This document shows positions 13,081-27,210 of a DNA stretch of 54,854 nt, piece after piece. The translations under genes and the position numbers were made by a program. Position 1 is the stretch's first letter. The number at the start of each line of letters is the position of its first letter. The stretch comes from Octopus bimaculoides (taxonomy: Eukaryota). The stretch is from assembly GCF_001194135.2 (NCBI RefSeq), contig NC_068986.1, positions 112,071,827 through 112,126,680 of the forward strand, written 5' to 3'. Under the pieces are notes generated by a model. It made no database searches. It saw only the letters and a list, made by a program, of their open reading frames with translations, and was not told where the DNA came from.

Positions 13081-16000
13081 GAAATATATAATATTTGTAT
13101 ACATATGTCTGTCTACCTTTGTATGATGTAATCCTGCATTAACGATGTTATTTATTCTTCATTCTAGTTACTGTTTTTTTTTTATCCATCTCTGTATGAA
13201 CCTATATCACACGGCCTAGATTTATAGACGCTACAGAGCTTGTTTACATTCATACTAAAATTAAACTATCAGATATAACTGGAAGAAATTTGCACCTTGT
13301 TTTATACCACATCCTATAACATATATGTCATGTAGTTGAACAGAATTTAAACTACGACATAGCTGAATATTACCCAAAATTTGAGGCCTCCGTATCGACG
13401 GGTATTTCGAAGAGTTCTTACATAGTATATATATGCATATATACGTACGTACATACGTACATTTTCTTTTTTGTGATGGGGTGCATTCTCAGTTGGCTGT
13501 AGATGGGTTTTACTATTTTATACAACTCTTTTTGATGAAACCTGCCTAGACCTGCGTCTCCAATGCAAAAGGTAGTTAGTAGATGTATATGTATACTTTG
13601 TAAATTAAATGTTTTTTTTTATCTCTACATAGAGTACTTTTTGATTCATTTCATCGTAACAGATGATAAAAATACCAGTTGAGCACTGTGAACGACATTA
13701 TCCAATACTCTCCTCCCGGACAAATTTCACTCCTTGTAACGATCATTATTATTATTGTTGCTATTTGTTATTGCTTGAGATTTGATAACAACATCATTAC
13801 TAGCACGAATATGCTTGAAGGAGCTACGAGAATCCAATAAAATTCAATTTAAGGGTTTTAACACTGTGTCAATAAAAAGAAGCACTGAAAATTAACGCAG
13901 AAAATATGTACACCACTTCTCGAATTCTGCGAGACGTACATGTAACACTAAATAATTCGGCATCTGAAATAAGCATCATTGTAGCATGGCCTTGGTGGAG
14001 ATTGACAATATGAGATTGGTGGAGATTGACAAAGGGAGATTGACAATATGAGAAGGAGACATACAGAAAAATTGGTCGGAACTAAAATGAAGGTGCTACT
14101 GAATCCAGAAGAAATATTACGATCACTGAATCCATTCATACTAACAATGGAGACTTAGTAAATATTGTGGTTGAACGCGTGAGTTACATATGAGGACGCA
14201 CCAGACAACAGAAGGTTTCATTTAGAAGTTTTGCGGACCACACCTAATAATGATGGATAAAATGAGTTAACTTAATTTAGGCAATTAGTTTATTTGAATT
14301 AGTTTCCTGAATTCAGTCTTCTCTATCATACAAACTATTCCCGGTCACAATTCATCGTAATATTCTCAGTATTTGAAACGAATATAGCCGTTTGTTCATT
14401 GATGAAACACGTTTTTCTGACTGCTTCGGTAATGAGGCCCTTGAATAGCGAAACACGCGTCTAATGAAATTCAAACATGCCGAAAAATGCTGTCACTATC
14501 ACAACTAACAATGGTTGTAATTCTAGTTCAGTATGAGATATTCTTTTCTTTGTTTCTTTTTTTTTTGTTACTAAAAAAATAAGAAAAAAAACCTGTTAAT
14601 TTCTTTCAATTGTCACGTATTCTTTAAGCATTCTTAGCGCTTGGAAGTAGATTCTTGTTTTCCGTCTCCAGCTAAAAGGCAAGTTGACAATTGCGTACGT
14701 CATCCACTACGTCAATAGTGTCTGATTTTAATGACTGCCTTTGGCATGTTGTGTATTTTTCCTTAGCATTTTTTTTATAATTGAGAATAAAAATTTAGCA
14801 TCTCGCATTCGATAATACAGTCCGAAATAAGCCTTCATCAGACAAGGAACCAAGGAATCGCGTTCCAGCTATAACCAAGCAGTCCTTTTTATATATATTA
14901 CTCTTATAACCCTGCAGTTCCCATCGTTTTGTTCCACCTTCTGAAGATGTGGTAGGGTTAATTTTAAGGAGATTTGACTACTTTTATTAGCAGGTCGAAA
15001 GACCATGTAAATGTCTTCTTTATTTTCCGTACGTATCTACGAGTTATATTTGGACACAATATACTTGGAAACAGACAGTAAAATCTAGGAAAGCTCAATA
15101 AAAACATAGAATGTCGAGTTATTACAAGTTGTGCCGTCGTAAAATATTGAAGTGACTTCCGGTAATAAATAACATACTACTTCAGACAATTATGGATATT
15201 CAATGTCACACACGTCGTCTACAATAGAACAATAATGTTACTTCATTCACGTTGTCATGAAAGAAAATGAATACCATAGCTAACACCAAATATAATATGA
15301 AATAACAAAACCAAAATATCTCCATCACAACGCACAAACAAAACCAAAAAAAATTCCATAATGAAACGCAACATAATCGCTAAAACACAATTGAATTTCC
15401 GCTTATATAATAACAGGGCGACGGCAAGCTAAAGAAAACGAAAATGGAGTCATTGACGATGTCGCTGACATATAAAGTAGGAAAGAGTAGGAAATAACGG
15501 TAGAAATTACGTTTCCACTTTTGATCAATGGCCATCATACGCTCAACATTCACTATTCACAAAATATCGCGCCTTGTCAGCTGTAAAATTTGCTCTGGAT
15601 TAAAGGACATTGACCTGACACTTATATCTTGCATTACCCTACTATTTCGACAACTATTATTATTCCACATATCCTACAGTATAAACAGCTTTTATTCATG
15701 TATAACATCAATAATATTGCATAAAATATAAGCTGAACTTTGTAACTTTTTTTTTGTTGGTCATTTTGCCCGGCAGAACTAATTGAATTACATTCATATA
15801 TTAAACGTCTGATATACGTGTATCAATAAAATATCTTTTATTCTCCGTGGATAATCTCTTATTTTGTTTTTCTTTCTACTTTTTCTCCTTCATATTTTCT
15901 CTTTCTTTCTTGTACACCATTTTCCCTTTTATTATTGTTTAATGTTCTTTATCTACAAACATACATAGTAGTTCGACGTGAATCTATGTGGTCCAATCGG

Positions 16001-16394
16001 TATGTCTCTACCAGTTGAGTTACAAATCAAACAATAGCCATATACAAAAGAATCACCAATCAACAGTTAGAATCAACCTGTTGAACGACAAACAGATTCA
16101 TAAGTGTGGTCCAAGGTGGCAAACTTATAAAAATGTATTTTCTTACACTGAATTGGGTAGAATTGTAAGAAAACAGGAAATCCCTCTTTAGGTTAACACA
16201 TACTCTGCTAATATAACTTATCAATAATGAAAGATCCCAACAGTGCTACTCTATGCTATGAACCTAAATGTATTCTGACGGGATAATGTGTATTTCAAAA
16301 GTGGTTGGATATATATTTGAAAGCATCAGCTTAGCTTCTGTAGAGAAAGAAATTCCTTTAAAATGCAAAACAATTTGAATCTCTTTCCCCAAAC

Positions 16395-16830
16395 CCCAAG
16401 AAGGTAAATTATGATCATTGTACTTTCAGGTTGAATAAAATAAGTAACCGGGTCAATGTAATCCACTCTCACCTTCCTCTAAAATAGCAGGTCTTCAGCC
16501 AAAATTTGAAACAAAGGCGATCGTTTCCCAGGAGCTTTAGTGCTTTGGGCGAAATGTTAAGCGGCATTTTGCTAGCTATTCACGTACTGAGTTCAAGTTC
16601 GGGGGTCAATAAAATAAAATATCAGTCACAATTACTAACCACGTGCTAAAGTTTAAAAGAATGGTTAGCACACTGGAGAAGTGCTTAGCGGTGTTTTAAC
16701 ATTCTTTACGCTCTGGGTTCAAATTCCAACAAGGCTGACTTTGCATTTCCAATTTCCTAGGCCGATAAAAAAAAAAGGTAGCAGTTGAGCACTTGGGTTG
16801 ATGTAATCGATTTACCACGCCCGAAATTGT
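16395..16830 (+). mobile_element. Cluster of three partial family A SINE copies (about 16395-16510, 16514-16635, 16660-16830)
   Basis: Motifs gggcgaaatgttaagcggc...ctgagttcaagttcgggggtcaataaaat and gtgcttagcggtg...ctgggttcaaattccaacaaggctgactttgc...gatgtaatcga, plus a 3' half ending gcaggtcttcagccaaaatttgaaac. Confidence 0.75.
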
Positions 16831-16954
16831 TTACCTTGAGCAAAACATTGAAACAACTATCATTATTATAGACATCATTGTGTGGATCTTTGTTCTGAAG
16901 TTAGATAGAATTATCGTGGACATTGTATCTGACAACATGACCCCAGTTCTATTT

Positions 16955-17005
16955 TTAAGAGCGCGGGCTAGTAATCCCAGGATTCCGAGTTCGATTCCAA
17001 GCAGG

Positions 17006-17064
<59 letters not shown>

Positions 17065-17220
17065 CAACAACAACAACGAAATATACCTTAGGAATGAGAA
17101 CCCAGGTTCGAAATTTCCCCAAGACACCTAATGAAGGCTGGAGGGTATATCAGCCGAAACGTTGTGTTGACAACAAACATGATGAGGACAAACATCCGTC
17201 AAATGTAAATAATGTAAATA
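16955..17220 (+). mobile_element. tRNA-headed SINE-like element (family D) with internal (TAA)n(CAA)n and a hammerhead-like tail
   Basis: The head ttaagagcgcgggCTAGTAAtcccaggattccgaGTTCGATTCCaagc aligns by eye to tRNA-Thr(AGT) from the D-loop to the T-loop. The T-stem does not pair and the A-box is lost. Then follow the microsatellite (17011-17078), the hammerhead fold (17123-17168) and a tandem (AATGTAAAT)2 end. A 27-nt piece of the same tail recurs inverted at 31354-31380 (25/27 match). Confidence 0.8.
17123..17168 (+). ncRNA. Type I minimal hammerhead ribozyme fold (Penelope-type variant), probably inactive in this copy (G5A)
   Basis: Stem I GACAC(17123-27)/GTGTT(17164-68); core CTAATGA (consensus CUGANGA) plus one extra A; stem II GGCTG/CAGCC with a 10-nt loop; GAAA; palindromic ACGT as stem III; cleavage triplet GUU (17161-63). 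Confidence 0.7.
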
Positions 17221-17349
17221 ATAAACCTGATCCCAGTATTATTTCCTTTCTCCTATATTGTATGTTCAAATCCCACCGTGGTCAACTTTGATTTTCATTC
17301 TAAATATTTTTTTTCAGTAGAGCGGTCGATATATTGAACCCATTTCCAG

Positions 17350-17480
17350 CCATTAAGTCTTCTGTCTTTAGAAACCATTATTAGATTCTGAGTTCAAATT
17401 CCGCCGAGATCAACTTTGCTCTTCATCTCCTCAGGTTCTGTAAGGGACCAGAAAATTATTCGGCCCAATACTATCGATCA
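17350..17480 (+). mobile_element. tRNA-derived SINE, family A, partial
   Basis: ttctgagttcaaattccgccgagatcaactttgctcttcatc matches the family A B-box and central domain. Confidence 0.8.
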
Positions 17481-17739
17481 ACCGTTATTTACACGAGATT
17501 AATTGTTTTGTACCTAAACTAGAAATTATTAAGATTATTATAGCAGATTTTGTTATGGTTGTTAAATGTTCTGAGCACATATAGAGCGAAATACAATGAT
17601 AATTAAAATAACCATCCATGAACCATTCTTAATAATCAACATTATCATTATTGATATTTTATTATTATTCCCATAAACAGAATACATCAACGTGATTAGT
17701 ATTATTGTCCGCTTCAACGTCGCTTACATCATCATCGAC

Positions 17740-19546
<1,807 letters not shown>

Positions 19547-19584
19547 AAGACCTGGAAATTATTAAAGAATGATCTCTGGCTTAC

Positions 19585-19587
19585 CAT
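19585..19587 (-). other. Candidate 3-nt microexon (ATG)
   Basis: The minus strand reads tcttttgcacttcctgtatag|ATG|gtaagc: a pyrimidine tract with a TGC motif, AG, 3 nt, then a strong donor. There is no expression evidence. Confidence 0.2.
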
Positions 19588-19894
19588 CTATACAGGAAGT
19601 GCAAAAGATTGTCTCAGCTACTACGTCACACGTATTGAGAAACCCATTGTCTTGTTGAATTGTGTTTCATTTTCCCCCTTAATTTTCTTCATGTAATTTT
19701 TCATTTTTTATTTGTTCCTTTTTCTCTTTGTCTTTCTTGCTCTCTTTTACTATCACATGACTTTCTAAATGTGCAAACTGGTGTGTTTATTTTAATTGCT
19801 TACCAATATATACAGTGCGTTTCTCTGTCCTTGGATGTCAAGAAGACACTCGGGAAGAAATGGAAACAGATATGAAAGCTGATAATGGAAATAA

Positions 19895-20035
19895 TAAGGC
19901 ACTAGGTCTGAAACTTAGGGGAAGGGTAAAATCGATTCTATGGACCCTAGTATTCAACTGGTACATAATTTATCGACCCAGAAAGGATGAAAGGTAAAGT
20001 CGACCTCAACGGAATTGGAAATCAGAACGTAAGAG
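19895..20035 (-). mobile_element. tRNA-derived SINE, family A, 5'-truncated
   Basis: aactggtacataatttatcgacccagaaaggatgaaaggtaaagtcgacctcaacggaattggaaatcagaacgt. Confidence 0.85.
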
Positions 20036-20917
20036 ACTTTGCTGCTGGTGAAGTTTGTGATGATGATGATTATGATGGCGACGACGATGATGACGATGAC
20101 GATGATGATGATGATAGTGATGATGGTGGTGACAATGATGATGTCGACGGCGATGAGAACGACTGCGATCATGATCATACCGTTTACAATTACGACAGCG
20201 ACGAACGCTGAGGATTATTATTATGAAAAGGAGAACGAGATAGTGGTGGAGCGTGGTGGTGGTGGTGGTGGTGGTGGTGGTGGTAATGGTGCTGTTGATA
20301 ACGACGCTATTAGGAACGACGCTAGGGACAAGAAAGTCTATGACGAGTTCCTTAGTGAAACCAATCACTCAGACTAACATCCGCACAACAATCAAAATAT
20401 ATAAAAATGCACAATATTGTTACGTAAAACTCTTTCCTCAGATGCTTTTAAATTTCTCATTATAACTTTCATTTACGTCTTCTTTTTATTTTAAACTTCA
20501 CATAAAGAAAGAGATTATGGCGAAGGAGAGAAGTCGAAACTGAATAAGAAGAAGAAAAGAGACATTTTCAGTGTTGGGGTGGTGTTGATTGTATTTCTTA
20601 TCAGATGGTATAAAATATTTATAAAACAATTTCATGCGTCGTAGCCATCTTTAAATAAATATTTGAAAGAACAGATTCGGTGGCTACGATGAATTTATTT
20701 TGTGAAGCGAGTAGAAGACAGATGCAGACACTGGCTCTCGTGTGTGCCAGACATACATTGAAATTGCAGGAGACGGACAATATATCCTATATATACATAC
20801 ATACATACATACATACATACATACATGCAAACATACATACATGCATACATGCATACCTATGTACATATACATACACACAGATCTACAAACACACATACAC
20901 AAACATAAAAAATTATG

Positions 20918-20966
<49 letters not shown>

Positions 20967-21339
20967 ATATATATATTGCCGAATGTATGCTTTTGATGAG
21001 ATTTAGCTTCTAAAGATTTTGTAATAATTCTGCTTTTTGTCTTCTCTTTCTTTCTTTTAATTCTTTCTTTAAAATCTACTCAACAAGAATTATGACGTTT
21101 GCAAAGTTCGCATATTATACATTTTCTGTGTATTTTTTGAATATTTTTTTTGGCTATTATTATTTTTCGTTTGCATTTTCATTGGAACTAATATTAATTT
21201 TTATTTTTATTTCGTAATTCTTTTCAGTAATTTTTTTCCTAAAGAATGCAATTAATTTCATTCTTTAATGAAAGATTAATTAGCCATATTAATGACGATG
21301 CTATTGATTTTGACAATGGTCTTAAAGTAGCAGTAGTAG

Positions 21340-21369
21340 TAAATAGGAATAATATAATTGAAGCAATAC

Positions 21370-21432
<63 letters not shown>

Positions 21433-21722
21433 CAGCAACAGTAGTAGGAGTAGTCATGAATATGATGATGATACATGACAATGATGATGATGAAGATGAT
21501 GATGATGGAGATGATGATAATAATAATAATAATAATAATAATGATAATAATAATAACAATAATAATTACAATAATCATAATGATATTTAATGATTTTATT
21601 GTTATTATCTTCGTCATTCTCATCTTTTACTTAAAAGTAATCTGGATCTTTTTGTAGATAACTTATTAATGTCATTTCTATGTTTATTATTGTTCTTTTT
21701 GTTCTTGGTGCTGTTGTTGGTT

Positions 21723-21765
<43 letters not shown>

Positions 21766-21896
21766 CAGCAGCAGCAGCAGCGGCGGCGGCGGCGGCGGCG
21801 GCAGCAACAGCAACAGCAGCAGCAGCAGCAGCAGCAGAAGAAGAAGAAGAAGAAGAAGAAGAAGAAGAAGAAGAAGAAGAAGAAGAAGAAGAAGAA

Positions 21897-21943
<47 letters not shown>

Positions 21944-21997
21944 AGAAGAAGAAGAAGAAGAAGAAGAAGAAGAAGAAGAAGAAGAAGAAGAAGAAGA
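21340..21997. repeat. Compound trinucleotide arrays (TAG, GAT, AAT, then GTA-GCA-GCG-GCA-ACA-GCA-GAA)
   Basis: Read directly from the sequence. Confidence 0.95.
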
Positions 21998-23952
21998 CAT
22001 CCTTGCAATATGTATGACAACAATGAGATATGTCACATCTCGATTGACGCCTGATGAATTTCCTTTATGGAGGGGAGGACGACGAGAAGGCAATATTCAC
22101 CTTTGTCGATCCGATTTTCCCTGCAGCATTGTGCATACTATCTGAGAAGTGATTTTTATAGCCAGGCTGCTCTTACATGAAGGAGCACATTGATTCTTCG
22201 TGATGGTTCTTTCTCATGGAATTAACAGTCATATCACTCTCAATGTTTACTATAGATTCTTGAAAATAAAATACTTCAATGCTTGTTTTAGTAAAAGTTA
22301 TATGTTACGTTAGATATCCTCCCGTATGCAATGAATCATATCGCCGGTTACTCATCCTTCATGATGCATTACATTTCTTCGAAATAAGCCGCCAGTCTGT
22401 TTCAAAGCTACTTATTTACAGCCGACTGAATTGGCATGGTGTGAAATAAAATGATTGGTCAAACAACACAAGGCAAAGCCCAGTCGTGGAAACCCGTCCA
22501 CTAGCTTGTGTTCAACAGCCTACCCGTAAGGTCTCGCACTTTTTGACATAGATGTTATGCATACGAATATAATACTCCCCATAGAAGAACAGTGATCGCG
22601 ACTTGGGCACCATCTGCGCGACATGTAAGTTAGTGTCATTGCAGCGTTACCCCCAACGATATGTAGCATATCCCTCAAAGCTATGTAACATATCCCTCAA
22701 AAATATGTAGCATATCTTTGAGACCTAAATGATGTTTCTGCTGATAATTGTTAACACCACGATGCAAATGTTGTTCATTTTCAAGAGAATTTACAACAAC
22801 CTATATTTGCTTTTTTCATTGAACAATCAGATGGGAGATTATTTCACATCCGTAGCTTCACTCTTTCATAGCCAGCCTATAAACCTCTCACCCCATTCTC
22901 ATATACACATATACATACATATATGTGTGTTTTTGTGTGCGTGCGTGTGTATATGCGTATGTGTATATGTGTGTGTATACATATATATGTATATAATTAA
23001 GCGTCTCTATACCTGAGTATAGATGTTTGGCTTCTGCAGGTGAAATTATGAAAATATATACAGATATTCAATAAACCTCTTATACTTGTAATTTTTCTTT
23101 CTACTTTTCTTTAAACGTGTGGGTGTCTGAGGGATAGAGTTCTGCGAGAACTCGAGTCAATGGTTATGAGTAGAGTAATATCGATTTTCCAAGAGGCAAA
23201 CAGTAACATCATATATTCTTACAATAGTCAACCGCCAACACCGTCCCGATCTGGTAGATTTCTGTATTTTAAATTTCAAAAGCGTCTGGTAAATTGCCAA
23301 TATCATTAAACAAACTTTCTATTTCGATCGCTTTGTAGTAACGTGTACAAAGATATTGCACTCCGTGTTGTCAGAAATATTTATCCCGATTTAATTTAAC
23401 AGAATCAGATAAAAACAGAATAACTTAATACAGATCTAATGGATTTATGTATGTATATATATATATATATATATNNNNNNNNNNNNNNNNNNNNNNNNNN
23501 NNNNNNNNNNNNNNNNNNNNNNNNNNNNNNNNNNNNNNNNNNNNNNNNNNNNNNNNNNNNNNNNNNNNNNNNNNNNNNNNNNNNNNNNNNNNNNNNNNNN
23601 NNNNNNNNNNNNNNNNNNNNNNNNNNNNNNNNNNNNNNNNNNNNNNNNNNNNNNNNNNNNNNNNNNNNNNNNNNNNNNNNNNNNNNNNNNNNNNNNNNNN
23701 NNNNNNNNNNNNNNNNNNNNNNNNNNNNNNNNNNNNNNNNNNNNNNNNNNNNNNNNNNNNNNNNNNNNNNNNNNNNNNNNNNNNNNNNNNNNNNNNNNNN
23801 NNNNNNNNNNNNNNNNNNNNNNNNNNNNNNNNNNNNNNNNNNNNNNNNNNNNNNNNNNNNNNNNNNNNNNNNNNNNNNNNNNNNNNNNNNNNNNNNNNNN
23901 NNNNNNNNNNNNNNNNNNNNNNNNNNNNNNNNNNNNNNNNNNNNNNNNNNNN

Positions 23953-23989
<37 letters not shown>

Positions 23990-25463
23990 CTCATTGTGAG
24001 AACGGGCTCATTGGTTACGCAGCAGAGTAATAGTGAAGTTAGTACGCTAGTGAATCAGATAAAGGTTATAGTGGAAGAATTTCAAGAATGTAATTTATCT
24101 AAAGTTTCATATTCCCAGTCGTCTGCATTAATTTCTGAGTTTTCTAAAATGACAATAAGAAACACCATCTAAATAGCATTCTTGAATTCAAAGTACATTA
24201 TCTTTATTTACGTTGATGTTGAAGCTAGTTTTACTGAGACGGTCGAACGGCTGCTGGCTATTCTGCCTCTCCGTCAAACCAGTCGTTATTCAGTAAAAGA
24301 AAACATTTTTCTCTCTTATAAAGCTTTTACTCCAGCAATGAACTTCTGCAGTGCTTCTTATTTTCCGACCTTACAACATGATGTAATTGAGGGACATTCG
24401 AATATGTACTAAGAATAAGACAATTATTAGAACTATATTAGGTGCTTCAGTGGTGTGTCTTCTTTTCGATGATAATCTTATGTGCGGCTGCGTTCATTAT
24501 TGCTTTCGAGGTACTTCCTTTTCGTTGCTTCCAGCTTCATCTCTTGCTTATATTGTTGCTACTTCGTCTAGTTGCTACTATGGCTGTCATTGTTGCTTTA
24601 TTTCATATACACATACGATTTCTCATTTTATTGCTTTTGTTGTTTTCTTATTGTTGTTCAAACAATCCGCCACTCCTACAGGCAGTTTATTTCTCATCCC
24701 CATCGCAATCGACGTCAAATACTGCACACAAGATCATGATTCATGAAATAAACACGAAGCTCTATCCTTCGTTTTGCGCAATGGCCAATATCCCGCTTCA
24801 TCCATGCAAGCAAATCTCACCGCCAAATTTTCTATCACTGCTCTTACAATATTGCAGCATCAGTTGGATTCAGTAGATAGAGTAGATGAGGTGTTCGCTG
24901 TTGCTTGATGATCAATGTTGAAGTCGATAGTGTTGATGCCATCATCATTTTCGATGGACAAGCTTTTTATAGGGATTTATTTTGTCTTAAATAAAGTGCG
25001 TACGGTGAGGTGGGTAGTGTTTTTGTCTGGAATGGGATCTGTAAGTCGTCGAACAGTTTATTCAAGGATTTCTGCGATGGCAAAATTTGGACAACTTTAT
25101 AACATCCAAATAATAACTTCATGCTGGATGTCTTGAAAAAAGCCCCCCAATATCGTAGACATAATTACTTTTCTAAACAAGTGCTTCGAAAATGAAAGCC
25201 TAAAGAATGAAAAATCAAGAACTCGACCCATAGTGAGGCTGAGGTTTGTGGAAAAAAGAAACTGGAAGACAAGATCAGCATTAGCGATATATGTGTCAGA
25301 ATGTTCGTGCAAGTAGATTTGTAAGAATGGCTGTAAATGTGTGTAAACACTCTACAGTGTTCACTCATCAATGTCGTAGGCGTATACTATTCGAAACTCA
25401 CACATAAAAATCATAGACGCACATACACAAGATCCCTGTATATATTTACGTTGAAGATAGATG

Positions 25464-25518
<55 letters not shown>

Positions 25519-25824
25519 CACACATATACACACGCGCACACACACATATATATTTATATATTTATATACACACATGTGTGGAGGTAGTATGTTTAAGTAA
25601 GCCATATGTCTGCACTATCATTACCACATGCAAAGGCAAGACCATTAACAAAGGACAGCGCAGCAATATTAATGTTGTCACATATTCAAATCTGCATTCA
25701 TATTTAATTATATAACAAATGGTGATAATTAATTAATTATGCTACGACCGAACTCCTCCGGAGCCTGAGATGTCTCAAGAGTGTAAGTAAACATATGTGA
25801 GATTGCGCATATATATACAAAATA

Positions 25825-25858
<34 letters not shown>

Positions 25859-25900
25859 TGAGCGAGAGAGACAGACTGACAAAGAAATTCATACATAAAC

Positions 25901-25984
<84 letters not shown>

Positions 25985-26828
25985 ATACAGACACAACGCA
26001 TACCCACGCCATCCCATATTACCTCGATGCGCACGTATATGTTGTTGATAAAATACCCGGTGTGTTACCATCATCTTCATTACAATAGCTATATTCACAG
26101 AACTGGATGATTCGTCAAGAAGGCATTTACTGTTGTAAACAAATACATTTTAAGTAGGTAGCTAAATATGTGTGTGAGGGTGTGTGTGTATGTGTGTGTG
26201 TGTGTGTGTGTGTGCATATATATATATATATATATATACATACACACATTCCCACAAATACATATATACATACACATTTATTTGTATGCACGCATATCGT
26301 TACTAATTCATCATGTAATGGAGTCCAACAAGTGTGCATGGTATGAGATGCCGAACATAAATAACAGACGGTTTTGTTCATTTACAGGTTATATCTTTGT
26401 GTCACGCCATTCAGACTTTACAACGTAGCAGGATCCATTCTATCATTCATTACTCGTTACTGATAGGATAACAAATATAAACTTGTAGCTGATTAAATCA
26501 AATATGTAATATTTATAAGCTATTATGGCGGCTCTCTCTCGTTCAACTCGATTGAATTTGTAGCCGGGTTTTGTAAGTACGCCTCTGTGAAAGTTTGAAA
26601 TAAGAAAAGATGTGTTCAAGAATAAAGTCCCTGGGATACCAAAATACTTTATCGCCTCTGCAAGACAAGATTTCCATTTATATGACTTTGCTCCATCAGG
26701 GTACCTGAAATGAAACCAAATAACAACACCGCGGAATAACAATATATCGTGTAGGAAGGAAAGAGCTTGTACCGGTTCTGTGGATCTGATTGTTATTGCA
26801 GTCACATCTGAATCGAATCAAGATCTAA

Positions 26829-27045
26829 TTATTGTATCAAAAGCGGAATATAACAGAAATTGGAATAGAGTTCCCGGTAGAACTGTTACAAAAGGTGTGC
26901 CTCCTTGGCACGGCCGGAATAATGGGGAAAATGCTTGATAATTGAAAAGAACGAATAGAATGGTACCGTAGATTGCAGGTAGTAAGGTCGCTATGCATGC
27001 AAGACTCCAGGAACTCCAACGAAACCTGTGATAAAGAGAACAAAA
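26829..27045 (+). mobile_element. 3' end of an R4/Dong-like (restriction-like endonuclease) non-LTR retrotransposon
   Basis: The frame 26847-26945 reads NITEIGIEFPVELLQKVCLLGTAGIMGKMLDN*, matching the LQK.(A/C)LLGT..I.RK.L C-terminus I recall for R4-clade ORFs. About 100 nt of 3' UTR-like sequence follows. The clade call is from memory. Confidence 0.7.
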
Positions 27046-27057
27046 AAATTGTAATCG

Positions 27058-27210
27058 TTTCTACTATAGAGGTACAAAGACTGTACTATCCAGGATAAAC
27101 TGGTACGTAATTCATTGAACCCGAAATGATAGATGTCAATGTAGACCTCGGCAGAATTTCAACTTAGAAAACAAAAAACGGAGGAAATATCGCTAAGCAT
27201 TTCTTCCAGA
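27058..27210 (-). mobile_element. tRNA-derived SINE, family A, degenerate
   Basis: aactggtacgtaattcattgaacccgaaatgatag...gacctcggcagaatttcaact...atcgctaagcattt. Confidence 0.7.

Noticed and set aside
13990-14065. Short tandem duplications of (ttggtg)gagattgacaa(tatgaga)
   Set aside because: This is an ordinary local duplication with no spacer structure. It is not a CRISPR-like array, and no CRISPR is expected in this eukaryotic DNA.
16835-16894. Minus 60-nt exon candidate (ctaacttcag|...AAG|gtaaac)
   Set aside because: Two frames are open so the product is ambiguous, and it sits inside a SINE cluster; it cannot be supported without RNA data.
16955-17005. Possible tRNA-Thr(AGT) gene
   Set aside because: The 5' acceptor strand and A-box are missing and the T-stem does not pair; it is a SINE head.
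22659-22720. About 22-bp unit tatgtagcatatccctcaaa repeated three times
   Set aside because: A small degenerate minisatellite with nothing further to support a function.
24000-24400. Coding-looking fragments on both strands (ENSEINADDWEYETLDKLHS*, LNNDWFDGEAE*)
   Set aside because: They could be a terminal exon or a decayed LINE; the frames are broken and I cannot tell which.
26443-26704. Minus ORF YPDGAKSYKWKSCLAEAIKYFGIPG... after a tttcatttcag acceptor
   Set aside because: The acceptor is good but there is no convincing donor or homology, and it lies beside retroelement debris.
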